This document shows positions 1-10,819 of a stretch of DNA of 64,000 bases, piece by piece; position 1 is the first letter of the stretch; each line of letters starts with the position of its first letter. The translations under genes and the position numbers were made by a program. This DNA comes from Lepidodermella squamata. Its lineage: Eukaryota; Animalia; Gastrotricha. The notes below the pieces were generated by a model. That model saw only the letters and a list, made by a program, of their open reading frames with translations, did no database searches and was not told the DNA's origin. The DNA lies in contig JBLDXI010000019.1 in assembly GCA_047495785.1 (NCBI GenBank), forward strand, positions 1,736,001-1,800,000, in the 5' to 3' direction.

Positions 1-2310
1 AAAGCTTACCAATGCAAATGAGAACACATAGCAGGCTTAATTCCTGGTAATTGCGTATTGTCTGAAAGAATTGATTGCCCACACGTCTGAGATGATTTAC
101 GATATGAAAATCTTCGCTGCTATTAGCGTTCATGGAATAGGTCCCACTTTCTTGATCCAACGACATATAATTGGGTGTTTGGGTTGACATGTCAAAACTT
201 AGAGATAATTGAGCTGCTAGGATCGGGAAGAATGCGTCCAGGTAAGCTAGCGTTCTCTCTTGCAGAGACATTTCTGTCGCACCTTATAAAATAATTTACG
301 TAGAAAGCAAATTCGATGTATTTATCGATCACTTACCTGGTAGCTCCCGAATGAACTCGCTGATTGCTGTGATGTAAGGAAGGAAAGCCGAAGCGCGGAG
401 ACTCGTGGCTTCGTATGGATCGATGTCAGATGGAAATACGATCTTAACTTCCAGGATAGGTTTGAGCTTCGAAGCCGCCGCTAGAGCTCTGTCAATCAAC
501 CAATCAGACGTAAAGTCTTGCTCTGGTTGTGAATGTGAACCGTCATAATTTGCGATGAGTATCTCGAAAGAGCCATTATCCTCGGCTGGAGCTGTCACCT
601 CGAAGATTTGCTCGCTTGAAGATGGGTCTTCAGTAGAGTAGGAGTACCTCCTCAAGGCTCCAGAATCTTCGCTAAAGGTCGAAATAAGGTTGTCGATATC
701 TCGCCGTGTCTCATCGGTGTACCGGCCGAAAGAAGTTTTAGACCTAGACATGCCTGCGGCAAGACATCTTTGGACACGGCAATAACGGCAGTTGGATGTT
801 ACTTCACAGAGTTCGAAACCATTTTCCAGCTCGCCAGCGGTAGGCCTTCGCTTGCAAACGTATTCAAGCCGATGCTGCTTTGAGCTGTACCGTCGAAAAA
901 AGAGCTTGCACCCCTCGCAAGACATAACCCCGTAATGGAAACCGGTACCTTTTAACATCAAATCCTTAGACAATCCATGGATTCATTTCGTAAAACTTAC
1001 AAGGAGAGCCGCAGATTTTGCATGGAATTTTGCCGAGGCCGAAATGGCAGTGTCTTTTGATCTCTTTCTTCTCAATCTGATTCGTGGTGGAGCGACCTTG
1101 TTTTGCTCGTTCCAGCACTTTCTTGCATTTAACCAAGCGGCAGGGGCGGCATTTTGCTATGTCGAAGTCCTCGCCGTGACCTCCATCGCATGCTGCTTCA
1201 TCAGACACGCCTGTCTCGTGATATCTCCAGTAAAATTTCTATGCATAAAATTACGGCAGTTAGTGGACTGAGCATCGGTTGAATAGGGATGTTTTACCTT
1301 GCAGGCGCCGCATAGAACGGTGGCTTGTAGTTGCTTGTCACGATGGACAGCAGACAAGGGGCGCATGCATACTTGGCATGAGAGATCAGGTATACTCATT
1401 AACTTTGATCTTTGAAAGCTTGTGGTAAAAACATAGATAAAGAGATATTTCAACTCCTGATGTGTGACAGACGAAAAGCGAAATGAGGGGAATATTGATT
1501 GAACTTTCACTACAAATATATCATGTTTCGTGGTTTAAAATCTATCCATTAATGAAGTTTCTTCTCCTGCGCGATCATGGAAAGGAAATGAAGAATAGAC
1601 TATGCCCTTTAAAGCGTGCTTCTGTAACAGTTTGAATCATTTGAGAAGAGTGTAATTTGAAGTTATTACGAGCTTCCAAACCCACCCCTACTACAAAATA
1701 CTATGATATTATTCAGCTGCATTAAAATACTACAACAATTATCAACGAGTACTCATTTATATAGAGGTCGGTTCCAGCTAGGAATATGGGTGGACATGAT
1801 AAAGAAAGCTGAAGCATATGCTGCTCGTAACTCATGATAAAACTATTCATCAAAAATGAATATGTAAAATAGGTGCTAGCTCATAAAATAGGTTAATTTT
1901 CAATCATATACTCGAAAGACTCTCATTCATCCTTGTACAGTCTGATTAGAAAAGCCGCCCAAAGACCTCTTGTTTCTTCCATTTATGTAGTAAGTTCTGA
2001 TGAAAGCAAAACACTTATTTACATAGGCAAAAAATGGCACAATAGAACCTGTTTGTATTCAACAACGAAACACGATCTAGCTATACGTCTTATGACAGCG
2101 GCAAGATTTTTCGGCCACTATTTTCCATTCATAAAAAAATTTGCAAAAAAACAGTATTTCATAATTTTTGTTACAATAAAGTTATGAAGCAACACCAACA
2201 GCCCTAGGTTTCTGCTATATCCCGAGGCTCAAGATTAGCTCGTCAGAACAATTCTACAGCATTTCGAGGGAAATACTGACGGGCACTGGCTTGAGCTAGA
2301 TTACGAAACA
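1..2310. repeat. Segmental duplication block 1a (homologous to ~15391-17270)
   Basis: Colinear nucleotide similarity including introns and upstream non-coding DNA, e.g. gcatagaggtcggttccagc-like and cggccactattttccattcataaaaaa-like tracts in both copies. Boundaries approximate. Confidence 0.85.
10..1399 (-). CDS. Two-DBD nuclear receptor, copy A (last exon lies beyond the left edge of the window)
   Basis: Exons 1399-1298, 1238-1001, 948-337, 282-10 with GT-AG introns of 59/52/54 nt. DBD1 CQVC-x18-CGACKKFYWR...C-x3-H-x8-CRPCRLVKC; DBD2 CKIC-x13-CEGCKLFFRR...CRYCRVQRCLAAGM; LBD signature FIRELPG...RTLAYLDAFFPILAAQ...QELSLLCVLI. Confidence 0.88.
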
Positions 2311-2705
2311 GCCATATCAACAAAATTTCCTTATCTCGACCAAATATGTTGACCGGTTCTGCCCGCGATAGGAAACCGCTAGCTTGCAATAGGATTTGGT
2401 ATTTATAGTTTTCAGTCCCTCAGGAAAGTTTGATTTGTTGCTTTAGAAATGAAGCTGACTCTGGCCAATAATACGTTGCTACGATTCACGTTTCTTGAAT
2501 GGCATTTAAGCTGTTACGTCTATGAACGGCACCTTGACTGACCGGGGAGGGGTTCCAGTCTAACTTGCACATCGTGCATGAAACCTCATATTAGTTAAGC
2601 CTAATGCGATTACCTCTGATGTTTATTCCGCTTAGGTATATTGAAAATAAACAAAATTTAAGATTAAATGAAATTCCTTCAGTCAAAGGTTCAGCCAAGA
2701 AATGT

Positions 2706-3717
2706 TCACTCAGAAGGCGCGATTAGTTCTGGCGGTAAGTTGTCGGCAATGAATTGCTCAAAATCAGCCAGCTGCTGCGGATCTTTGAAGTGATTACGCC
2801 AATCGCCAACTTCGCCTTTCCGAATGAATTCCATGTCCTTTCGGAAGATTCCAATTTTTTTGCCATGCGACCAGTTGTAGGAATCATTTTTCCTCATTTC
2901 ACCAACACTGGTCGCCTCTACGATACGAGTTATTGCCTCTTCATCGAGCTGCTTACCAAGAAATTGGGCAATTTTTCGAATCGCTGATCTGGCGTCCTGA
3001 AAAAATCTGTTTAGCACTGAGGATTATAATACTAAACTAGCCTACCTTTTTGATGTCTTCATATCGCAAAAGAAGAACAGGTTTTCCACTATTTGCGAAC
3101 TCGGCATACGCTTTTATGTGATCCGGATAAGGACCACATAAAATTTTTCCAGAAATAAACTTTCGCGCCCATTGCTCGAACGTGTCACTAGCTACCCAAT
3201 GTTCATTCGCCGTCGCTTTCATATGGTAGAAGTAGGAAACCGCAACATCTTTAGCATTTCGATAGATGTAAATCAACCGGCCGTTCAAGGTGTTTTTCGG
3301 TAGTAGCGCTGGTGGCAGATGCGTCATGAAAATGCGCTGGCCCGGCCTGGACGCTAGTTTCTCCAAAGCCGACGGATGAGGAGGTTTCGGAATTTCGAAC
3401 AGCATCATGTCTTCTGGCGGGTAGGGTTTGTCGAAATTGCCGGTTTCAACGAGGTAAACCATGTTATGCAGCCAGTGCGTGCCGCATTTTACGAAACTCG
3501 CCACCGTTATGTCACCTTGCCTGACTGGAAAGTCGTAAATCTGCGGCCAGTAAATTGGCATGAACGCGGGCAGCCAAAAGTTATTGAACAAAGCGATCGG
3601 AAAGCCTTCTTTGCTGTTATTCAGTGGAGAAAATGTCTCAGCAAACTTCCCTAACATTTTTGACATTTCCGCTTGGCTGGGGAGCTCTGCCATATTTCGC
3701 GAGGAAGTTTCATTCAT
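2706..3717 (-). CDS. Cytosolic PAPS-dependent sulfotransferase (SULT1-like)
   Basis: Two exons with a 49-nt intron at 3045-2997. 5'-PSB loop SFVKCGTHW, catalytic-His region FMTHLP, 3'-PB YRNAKDVAVSYFYH, C-terminal FIRKGEVGDWRNHF. Confidence 0.93.
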
Positions 3718-4361
3718 TTTCGTTGAAAAAGCACAATTTCAAAGAATTAAAGCGAATCACGCAGAACTGTATCATAAGTTATTAAAGTTTTATGGCCGGC
3801 TTATGAAGCGTTTTATACCCACCGAGTTAGGACAATCCACGCTTGGACAATCATTTATGAAAGTTTAATTATGTAAAGTTTCTGGCGGACGCTCAACGAG
3901 TGCAGAATGCTTTGTTCTAAGCGCGCTTTTTACTTGATGGCTACCTTGTCAGTTGCCATCAGACGTCGACTGCAGCGAGCGGAGCGTGGTTAAAAAACTC
4001 AAAATGCAAGAAATGTCATTATTTTTATCTGGAAGTGTAACGTGGTTCTATTACGGACGGAGTAATTTCGGACACTTTTTTAACATATTAATTTCTGTCA
4101 ACCCCGAGACTTCAGGATAAAATAATCCTTTATTTTAGGTTACCCGGGTTCCATTAAATAGTCAACGAAGTGCTACGCGTTATTTTAATTTTCAAAAGTG
4201 TGAAATAACTTTAAATAATCGTAGATGTTTTCTAAGTAATGTTTTCTCTCCTTGGCATCCCCCTGTGATGCCTTCATATAATATTATTATCCAAATGTCC
4301 ATAGCTGCTTAGTTAGTAAAACATATTATAGTTTAGGTTTAATTCACCATCTTTACCATTT

Positions 4362-6718
4362 TTAACGAGGCCAGAGGAAGATCAACCCTGATGACGTACC
4401 GGTTAACCACGCTAAAATAGCTAATGCCGTTGATTTCAGCTTAGCTTCGTCTCCAAAAGCAACTGAAACTAGTATTGCAGCCAAAAACATCGTGATCAAG
4501 TTAGCTGCTGAAAATCTTAATCGAACCAGCTCTTTCAACCGATCCTCCGGTCCGTCGACATGACGCAGGGCATAAGAAAACCACGAACTGATAACCAGAA
4601 GAAATCCATTGACAACTACAACGGGTCCGATCCAGTAGGTCTCTTCACTTGAGAGTACAGTCAACCGACGAGCTATTGTGTAAATGTCTGATTCAATATC
4701 GTAGGATTGTTCTACAATATGATCTTCAATTCGGACATTCTGCTGATCAATCATAAGCCAAGACAACAAGTATGCTACTCCACCCATGAAAAAAGTCAAA
4801 AACACCTTATTGGCGGTCCCTGAAGGCTCGCTAGCGATGATTTCCTTGAAAATCTCAGATGAGCTGGTCACCGATGAAGATTTCCTATTAACCATTGGCG
4901 TTACTAGACTGGATCGTCCATTGTTTGAAGTAGCTGCTACTATTGCAACGTTAGGTTTGCGAAGTGTCGCTCTCACTTTTTTAAGATTCAGACGGGAATG
5001 GAACAGTCGTCCGAAGAATACACTCTTTTTGAAAAATAATCTTGATTCGTGCAAGGATAATGCTCAATAAATCTTACTTGATAGATTGTGACGCCAAGGA
5101 ACGCAAAAATGCGAGTTGCGAAGTAAGCCACATCCGGCTTGACTAATTCATGAACTAGGCTTAGGAATATTGAGGTCAAACAGAGTGAACAACTGGCTAA
5201 AAATACAGCGATTGAAGGCGAGTCAAATTTTCGCCCGAAAGTCAGAAGTATAAAATGAGATGTAGCCGAGAGGCAATTAGCGGCAATCATTATCCATTGG
5301 AACTCTGCCGAGAGGTTCACCTTCACGTCCTTTTGAATTTTACTGTCTCTGGGAGGTTTTCCGTCAGCTGTTGTCCAGTATGGAGCCGCATATTTTTTCC
5401 GCACGGAGTAACTAGAGTAATTCTGCGCAGATGCATTAGCAGCTCTGCGGAAGGAGCTTAGAATCTGCTGTCCATTCGCCCTAGTCCACTGCACAGCGAC
5501 GAATAGGTCGTCATCAACTTCAAGTCGCGACGAATACCTGAACCGACCCATTCGTAATCCAATGTAATCCACTTTCGCCATGGATTCATTGACAAGTTGC
5601 ATCACCTCAGAAGGGTTTGATTTGTAATCTCCTATAGTGAGATTTACAGATGCCAGACTGTTCTCAGTATTTACTAGGCTTTGAACTGCTGCCAGAGCTC
5701 CGTCATGACACTGAAACCGCCTGTCGTAATCAGCCGGTTTAGTCCCTGGTTTCCCGCTCACTTCAGCCCATTTCATGTCAAAGCGACGATCGAACTCGGT
5801 GGTATCATAGCCAAGAGTTGTGGCTAACCCTGCATTATCAGGATCCTTCGATGACCAGCTAATCCAAAACGAGATGACATACTGCTCTAAAACCATTGCT
5901 TTCGAGCATTGTGGCGTAACCATGTCTGGTAAAGCTGATGGTTCTGTGTATAGAGCAAAGTATAAGGTGAACGCATAACGTGGGCCCTTCAACCCGAATT
6001 CATAGGCTTTGCAAAGGAACTTTAAAACCAGAGGTAAAGCTGAGATGTAAACATCAACGACTCGAACATCTTTCGCTAGTATCGTTTGCATAGTTGCATC
6101 TTCAATATCAGGGACTACCTCGAAAAATGGAACTTCAAACCCGTTAGCCAGTGCTTCTTTAACCATCATCTGACCGCCTATGTAGTCTGCGTCGTTCTGG
6201 GTCGAACACAGGAGGCCAAATCTGTTCCATCGACCTATTTCTCGTATGAATCTGAGCCGAGAGTAAAGCATCGCTTCTGAACCAGCTCTTGTTCGGTACA
6301 TGTTAGGGTAAAGTTTCCGGTTGCTGGTCAAACTTGGGCTGTTACATCCAAAAGCAGAATGAACCATGTTCAGGTTGGGTATCACTGGTCCCAAGGATTT
6401 GCAACCTCCGGCAAACAATGCTCCGACTAGGATAGGCGCAATAATCGCGTCCTGTTTTTGATTGATAAGAAAGTTCACCACTGCTTGAACTGCAAGGTTG
6501 CTCCCAGGGCCTTCGTCGCGATAGATTGGCATTAAATTGTAGCCTGGAATGAGCTTTCGGGCGTTGGCTGCCTCGATCGCTATATCAACTTCGATTAGGC
6601 AAGCTTCTCCTTTCTTAGGTGCTTCTCCAGTAAAAGGGAGTAAAACCAGCATCGACATATTTTTCATCGCCGTTGCCCCGGCTAATAGAATCGACAAAAC
6701 AAAAATATCTGAAATCAT
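4362..6718 (-). CDS. Divergent class C GPCR, GABA-B-receptor type (Venus flytrap + 7TM, no Cys-rich domain, no C-tail)
   Basis: Signal peptide and ANF/VFT motifs (EAANARKLIPGYNL, SPSLTSNRKLYPNMYRT, GRWNRFG, FLCKAY). A 53-nt intron at 5077-5025 joins TIYQ|SVFFGR in TM3. Seven hydrophobic segments, ending GLIFLWPR*. Confidence 0.87.
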
Positions 6719-7185
6719 GATGCTTCAAGTTCGTTCCCCGATGAATGAACGCGTTCGCTCATTTCAAATACGTGTCCTACAAGCAATAAAATACAGGAAG
6801 ACACGCACGCCGCCATTCTCTTCCGGTGCAGGTTCGATTGTTGTGTTTTATGTTCAAGAGGTCGGAGAAACACGTATAGGTGTCTCTCAAATCAGCAAAA
6901 AGCCTCCTACCGCAAATACATCCTGTTTTTCATTGGAACAAAGCGAGATTTTTTATTTAGGCACAAAGGCATAACAAAATTTAATTCAAATGGCCAGTGT
7001 ATTGGTCTCGAAAGTCTCTAACCAGCGAGTGGACGACCTTGCTGAAGGACGCACACCGGCCCGGTATTCGAAAGATATGCGATCGATACGCATCGACCCC
7101 GGACCTCAAATTTGCGATCAATTCGATGAACTGAGAGTGGCGAAATTCGTCGCCCTTCAAGCATCTCATCAACGCCACGTGATAT
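6381..7185. repeat. Segmental duplication block 1b (homologous to ~17306-18110)
   Basis: Near-identical sequence covering the GPCR 5' end, the intergenic spacer and the nuclear-receptor last exon. Confidence 0.9.
6981..7185 (-). pseudogene. Orphan 3' part of the last exon of nuclear receptor copy C
   Basis: Encodes YHVALMRCLKGDEFRHSQFIELIANLR...GHLN*, identical in protein to the C-terminus at 17909-18110. Homology stops abruptly at ~7185 and no upstream exons are present. Confidence 0.88.
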
Positions 7186-9087
7186 AACCTCAATTGTGGT
7201 TCGCTTCCAAGTCACGGCGCGTGTGTAACTGAGCAGAGCACTTAACCCCTACTGCTCCGGCTGTGTGGCAGCAATACCCTTGGCCGCCGATCCTTCTCGT
7301 CTGAACTAATCACCTCGGTCAGGTCTAGGTCGGTCGGTATGGTGCCAATGGAGTTTGCAGTGTCGCACGGTGCAAAAGTTCTATGGTGCAAAAGATGGAA
7401 GCGGACGCGGACAGCAATACCCGTTGATCTGCGACATCACACCCTCTGGTTCACACCCTATACGGCCCAGACCGGCACGGGCACTGCCGAACACCGCCGA
7501 ACAACGTGGTTAAAATTAGAGCCGAACAAAGGGGTCAAATCGAATTGTACTGACTTGTTCGGCTGTTTTTGGAGAAAATTCAGCTATTTTTGCATCATTT
7601 AGTTCAGCGGTGTTCGGAGAAAAAGCGTGTTCGGACTTGTTCGGACTCGCAGTCATCAAATTGTTCGTTGTTCTTCGCCTGCTTAATTTTTGTCACTGTT
7701 CGGGGTTGTTCCCTTCAGAATGTTCGGACTAGTTCACCGTTTCTACTCCTACGGCAGTTTTGTAATAAAATATCAATTTTTCCTCCGCTTTCGATTTATT
7801 GAAATGAGCATTAAGCGATTTGTAATAAATAATAAATCCATGAGTATCAAGAGGGTCATAGATGACCACAAATCACAGATAATTATTACAGGAATCATAA
7901 TTGCATCATAATTATTATTATTTGCTCGACCTTGTAGTTCCTCTTCAATGTCTTCTTCAGTGTTATTGATCCGATTCATCTCCATCGTCACACGCAGTCA
8001 TGCATTGCCTTCATCTCCGCCACCATACTTTGCAGCGCCCACCTAATTCGAGTCAGTTTTCAGTTTTCGCCATCGGCTTTCAGATTTCGCGATACGAATT
8101 CCGAGGTCTTCGATTATCTTGATGGGGTTGCTGCTTAGCGATAGCCGACTCTAAATGAAACACTGTAATACTAATCATCGAGGAGTACAGCTGTTGGTTT
8201 CCCATCTCAAATACCGATTGAAGTGAGATGCGGCGTTGCATCGTTGGCTATTCATCGTCTTGTTGATCGTGAGACCATTCTGATCGCGTCGCCAATATTA
8301 CATCTGATGAAAAATCAAGGCAAAAAGGATTAAATTTGCTGTAAAAAAAATTTCCTTCACAGTTGATGAGCTTATCAGTATTTCCTGACTAATTGGGAGC
8401 TTCTGCCTAGTCAGGCTAGGGTCCTTTCTTTTTTCTAGGATTGAATTTTTTGAAGTGCTATTTAAGGCAGAAGATTGGCTTTTGAATTGGGTTTTTCAGG
8501 GTTACCTTGCCCCCGATTGAAAATTCGAAGCTTGGCATCGGCAAACAATTCAATTTATTCAAAATTATGGGGGAAACGTCGCTATTTATTATTAGGATAA
8601 GGCCAATTTTGCTAGAAATTTGAAAACATTTTTGGTCTATTTTATCTGTTCGCGGATATTTAATTTTCTATTCTGAAATTCCATTTTATTTAATTTAAAA
8701 CAAAATAAAACGGAATTTCAGAATGAAAAATCAGTTGTCCGCGAGCAGATGAAGTGGATCCTTTGTAAAATCATGAATTATTTCCTTCGAAAGAGCACGG
8801 CCGCACGCAATGCAAGAAACAGACAGACCTCTACCGGCCTAAATGGAGCTTCGCATGAGGCCGGAAAATATAGTTTAAAATCACTGTTTCGACTACACTG
8901 TAAAAAAGTTCGCTATTTAGCAATTGGTATTTTGGACGGCCGGTTATTAAGAATAAAACATAAAACAATTTCGAATCGCTAAAACCAGAAAGCTAATTAA
9001 AATAATAGGTGATCGGGGGTTATTTATCCTGAGTAACATAGGGCAAAAGGGGGTTTAGGGTCTCGAAAAATATAGCACTAAGAAAAC

Positions 9088-9853
9088 GGTCGCCTGACAT
9101 TTGAGTACCGCGACACTTGCGCCGCGACACATCCGCCCCGACAATTTAGTACCGACATTTGCGCCCAGCTTTAACTTGCGCCCGACGACACTTGCGCCCA
9201 ATTACAAAAATCATGAATTTATTTCAACTTGCGCCCAAGCTGACGACACTTGCGTCCAAAACACTTGCGCCCCGGACTCAACCGTCGCCGAAATAAAATG
9301 ACTAAATCGATAGAAACGAGGGAAGAGTGGAGGCTGAAAATCTGATGGCCAATTACTTTTTTTTATGCTATTTTCGGGTCCACATTTTACCTGTTATTTC
9401 GCCGACTTCCATATTGAGGGGTAACGCTAACGCTAACAAAAACGCTAACGAGAGACTATATAACTCAGAGGAAGTCGGGGAAGTAATCCTTGGGGTTCTG
9501 CGAGTTGTGGACCAGTCGACCCCAAAATGGCATTGAAAAATGGAAATTTTCAGCAAAAGTGAAATGATGCGAGGCAAAGAAATCACGCAAACGTTAACAG
9601 CGAGTAAATTCGAAATATAAATGGGCGAAAGTGTCGCAGGATTATTGGGCGCAAATGTCGTGGGCTGAACTCAAGTGTCGCCGGATGCATATCTGTCGTG
9701 TGTGCAAATGTCGCCACTGAATATTTTAATTTGGGCGCAAATGTCGCGTACCCAAGTGTCGTTTTTAAAACGGGGCGCAAGTGTTTTTGGGCTCATTTGT
9801 CGGGGCGCAAGTGACGGGGCTTAAGTGTTGCGGTACTCATTTGTCGGCACACC
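9088..9853. mobile_element. MITE with 8-bp TSD and ~15-bp subterminal tandem motifs, nested in the 7466-12184 element
   Basis: TSD AAGAAAAC at 9080-9087 and 9854-9861. Imperfect TIRs GGT...GACA..TGAGTACCGC.ACACTT. GACACTTGCGCCC-type motifs on the left and their reverse complements on the right. Confidence 0.85.
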
Positions 9854-10012
9854 AAGAAAACCGGTCTTTCATACTTTTTACACAAAACCCAAAATTTTGG
9901 TAATCATCGCCTCAAATTTCATTCTCTAGTAATTAGAAGCTTCAATTTAAATTTTTTGACCAAGTAGAAGTCCTAAATAATACCCAAGTAAAAGTCGGCC
10001 AAGTAGCGTCTA

Positions 10013-10161
10013 CAGGGTGGCCAAAAAATTCCGCAGAGCAGAGCGGGAATTCGATGCGCATCATTTTAATGAGGAGTTTCGAGAAATTGAGCAGTTCCAT
10101 TAGCAAAAGAATGCTTGAAATTCTTCGAATTCTTAAAACTCCTCATTTTTTGGCCACCCTG
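10013..10161. mobile_element. Tc1/mariner-type MITE (149 bp)
   Basis: TIRs CAGGGTGGCCAAAAAA / TTTTTTGGCCACCCTG, flanked by TA on both sides. Confidence 0.85.
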
Positions 10162-10621
10162 TAAATAGCTAACTTTTTTTATAGTGTGGTCTGATTATAT
10201 GATTTCATTCATTAAATAGGGAAAAAATGTTGACCATTTGAATTAACATTATACCTAGATTCAAAAGAGTTGTGATTTACTGGCAAAATGAAATTTTATC
10301 GAATAGTTTCCTACCTCAAATAATTACCCCATCGAATAATAATTCAAATGGATATCGCGTCCAAAGATCAACAGTAGCCGGCCTCAAATAATAGCCACAA
10401 CTCGCCTGAAATAATAAGGAATCAATAAGAAGACTGCGGAATCTCTTTTGGAATAAAGTTTGGGTGGTCCAACCTGGCAAGCCTGAGGAGCTACTCATAT
10501 CAACTATTGGGCTTGATGGAAGTGATCATACCCCATCGAATAATAATGGGGTCTTGCCGTGATTTGTTTGTTATTTTTTTTGATATCATTCATTTTTTCC
10601 TTTTAAATATTTGGCTCCGAA

Positions 10622-10819
10622 CAGAGATGAGAATGGGTCAAAACATCGACCCAGGACCCGAGGAGACCCATGCCGGGAGGACCCAGGACCCAACTTTTAT
10701 AACCCAAGTGACCCATAAATCTAAATTTCGTAATTTTGAAGCGGATTACTCGCGACGTTGTTTTTATGCATATCACGCTTCATTCTCATCGGCAATCGTC
10801 AAAAAGTGCGAAAAATTCT
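10622..10819 (+). mobile_element. Truncated left half of the hAT-type MITE seen complete at 29142-29547
   Basis: ~200 bp near-identical to 29142-29340, starting CAGAGATGAGAATGGGTC. Confidence 0.88.

Noticed and set aside
4988-5077. Apparent frameshift between the two GPCR ORFs
   Set aside because: Explained by a 53-nt GT-AG intron (5077-5025) that restores TM3.
6549-6974. Duplicated plus-strand ORFs (also 17499-17949)
   Set aside because: Antisense to the GPCR 5' end and spacer. The frame is not preserved between the duplicates.
9100-9840. Short repeated units resembling a CRISPR array
   Set aside because: Units are ~15 bp, mirrored on two arms, lack unique regular spacers and are bounded by a TSD. 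The context is eukaryotic and no cas genes are present.
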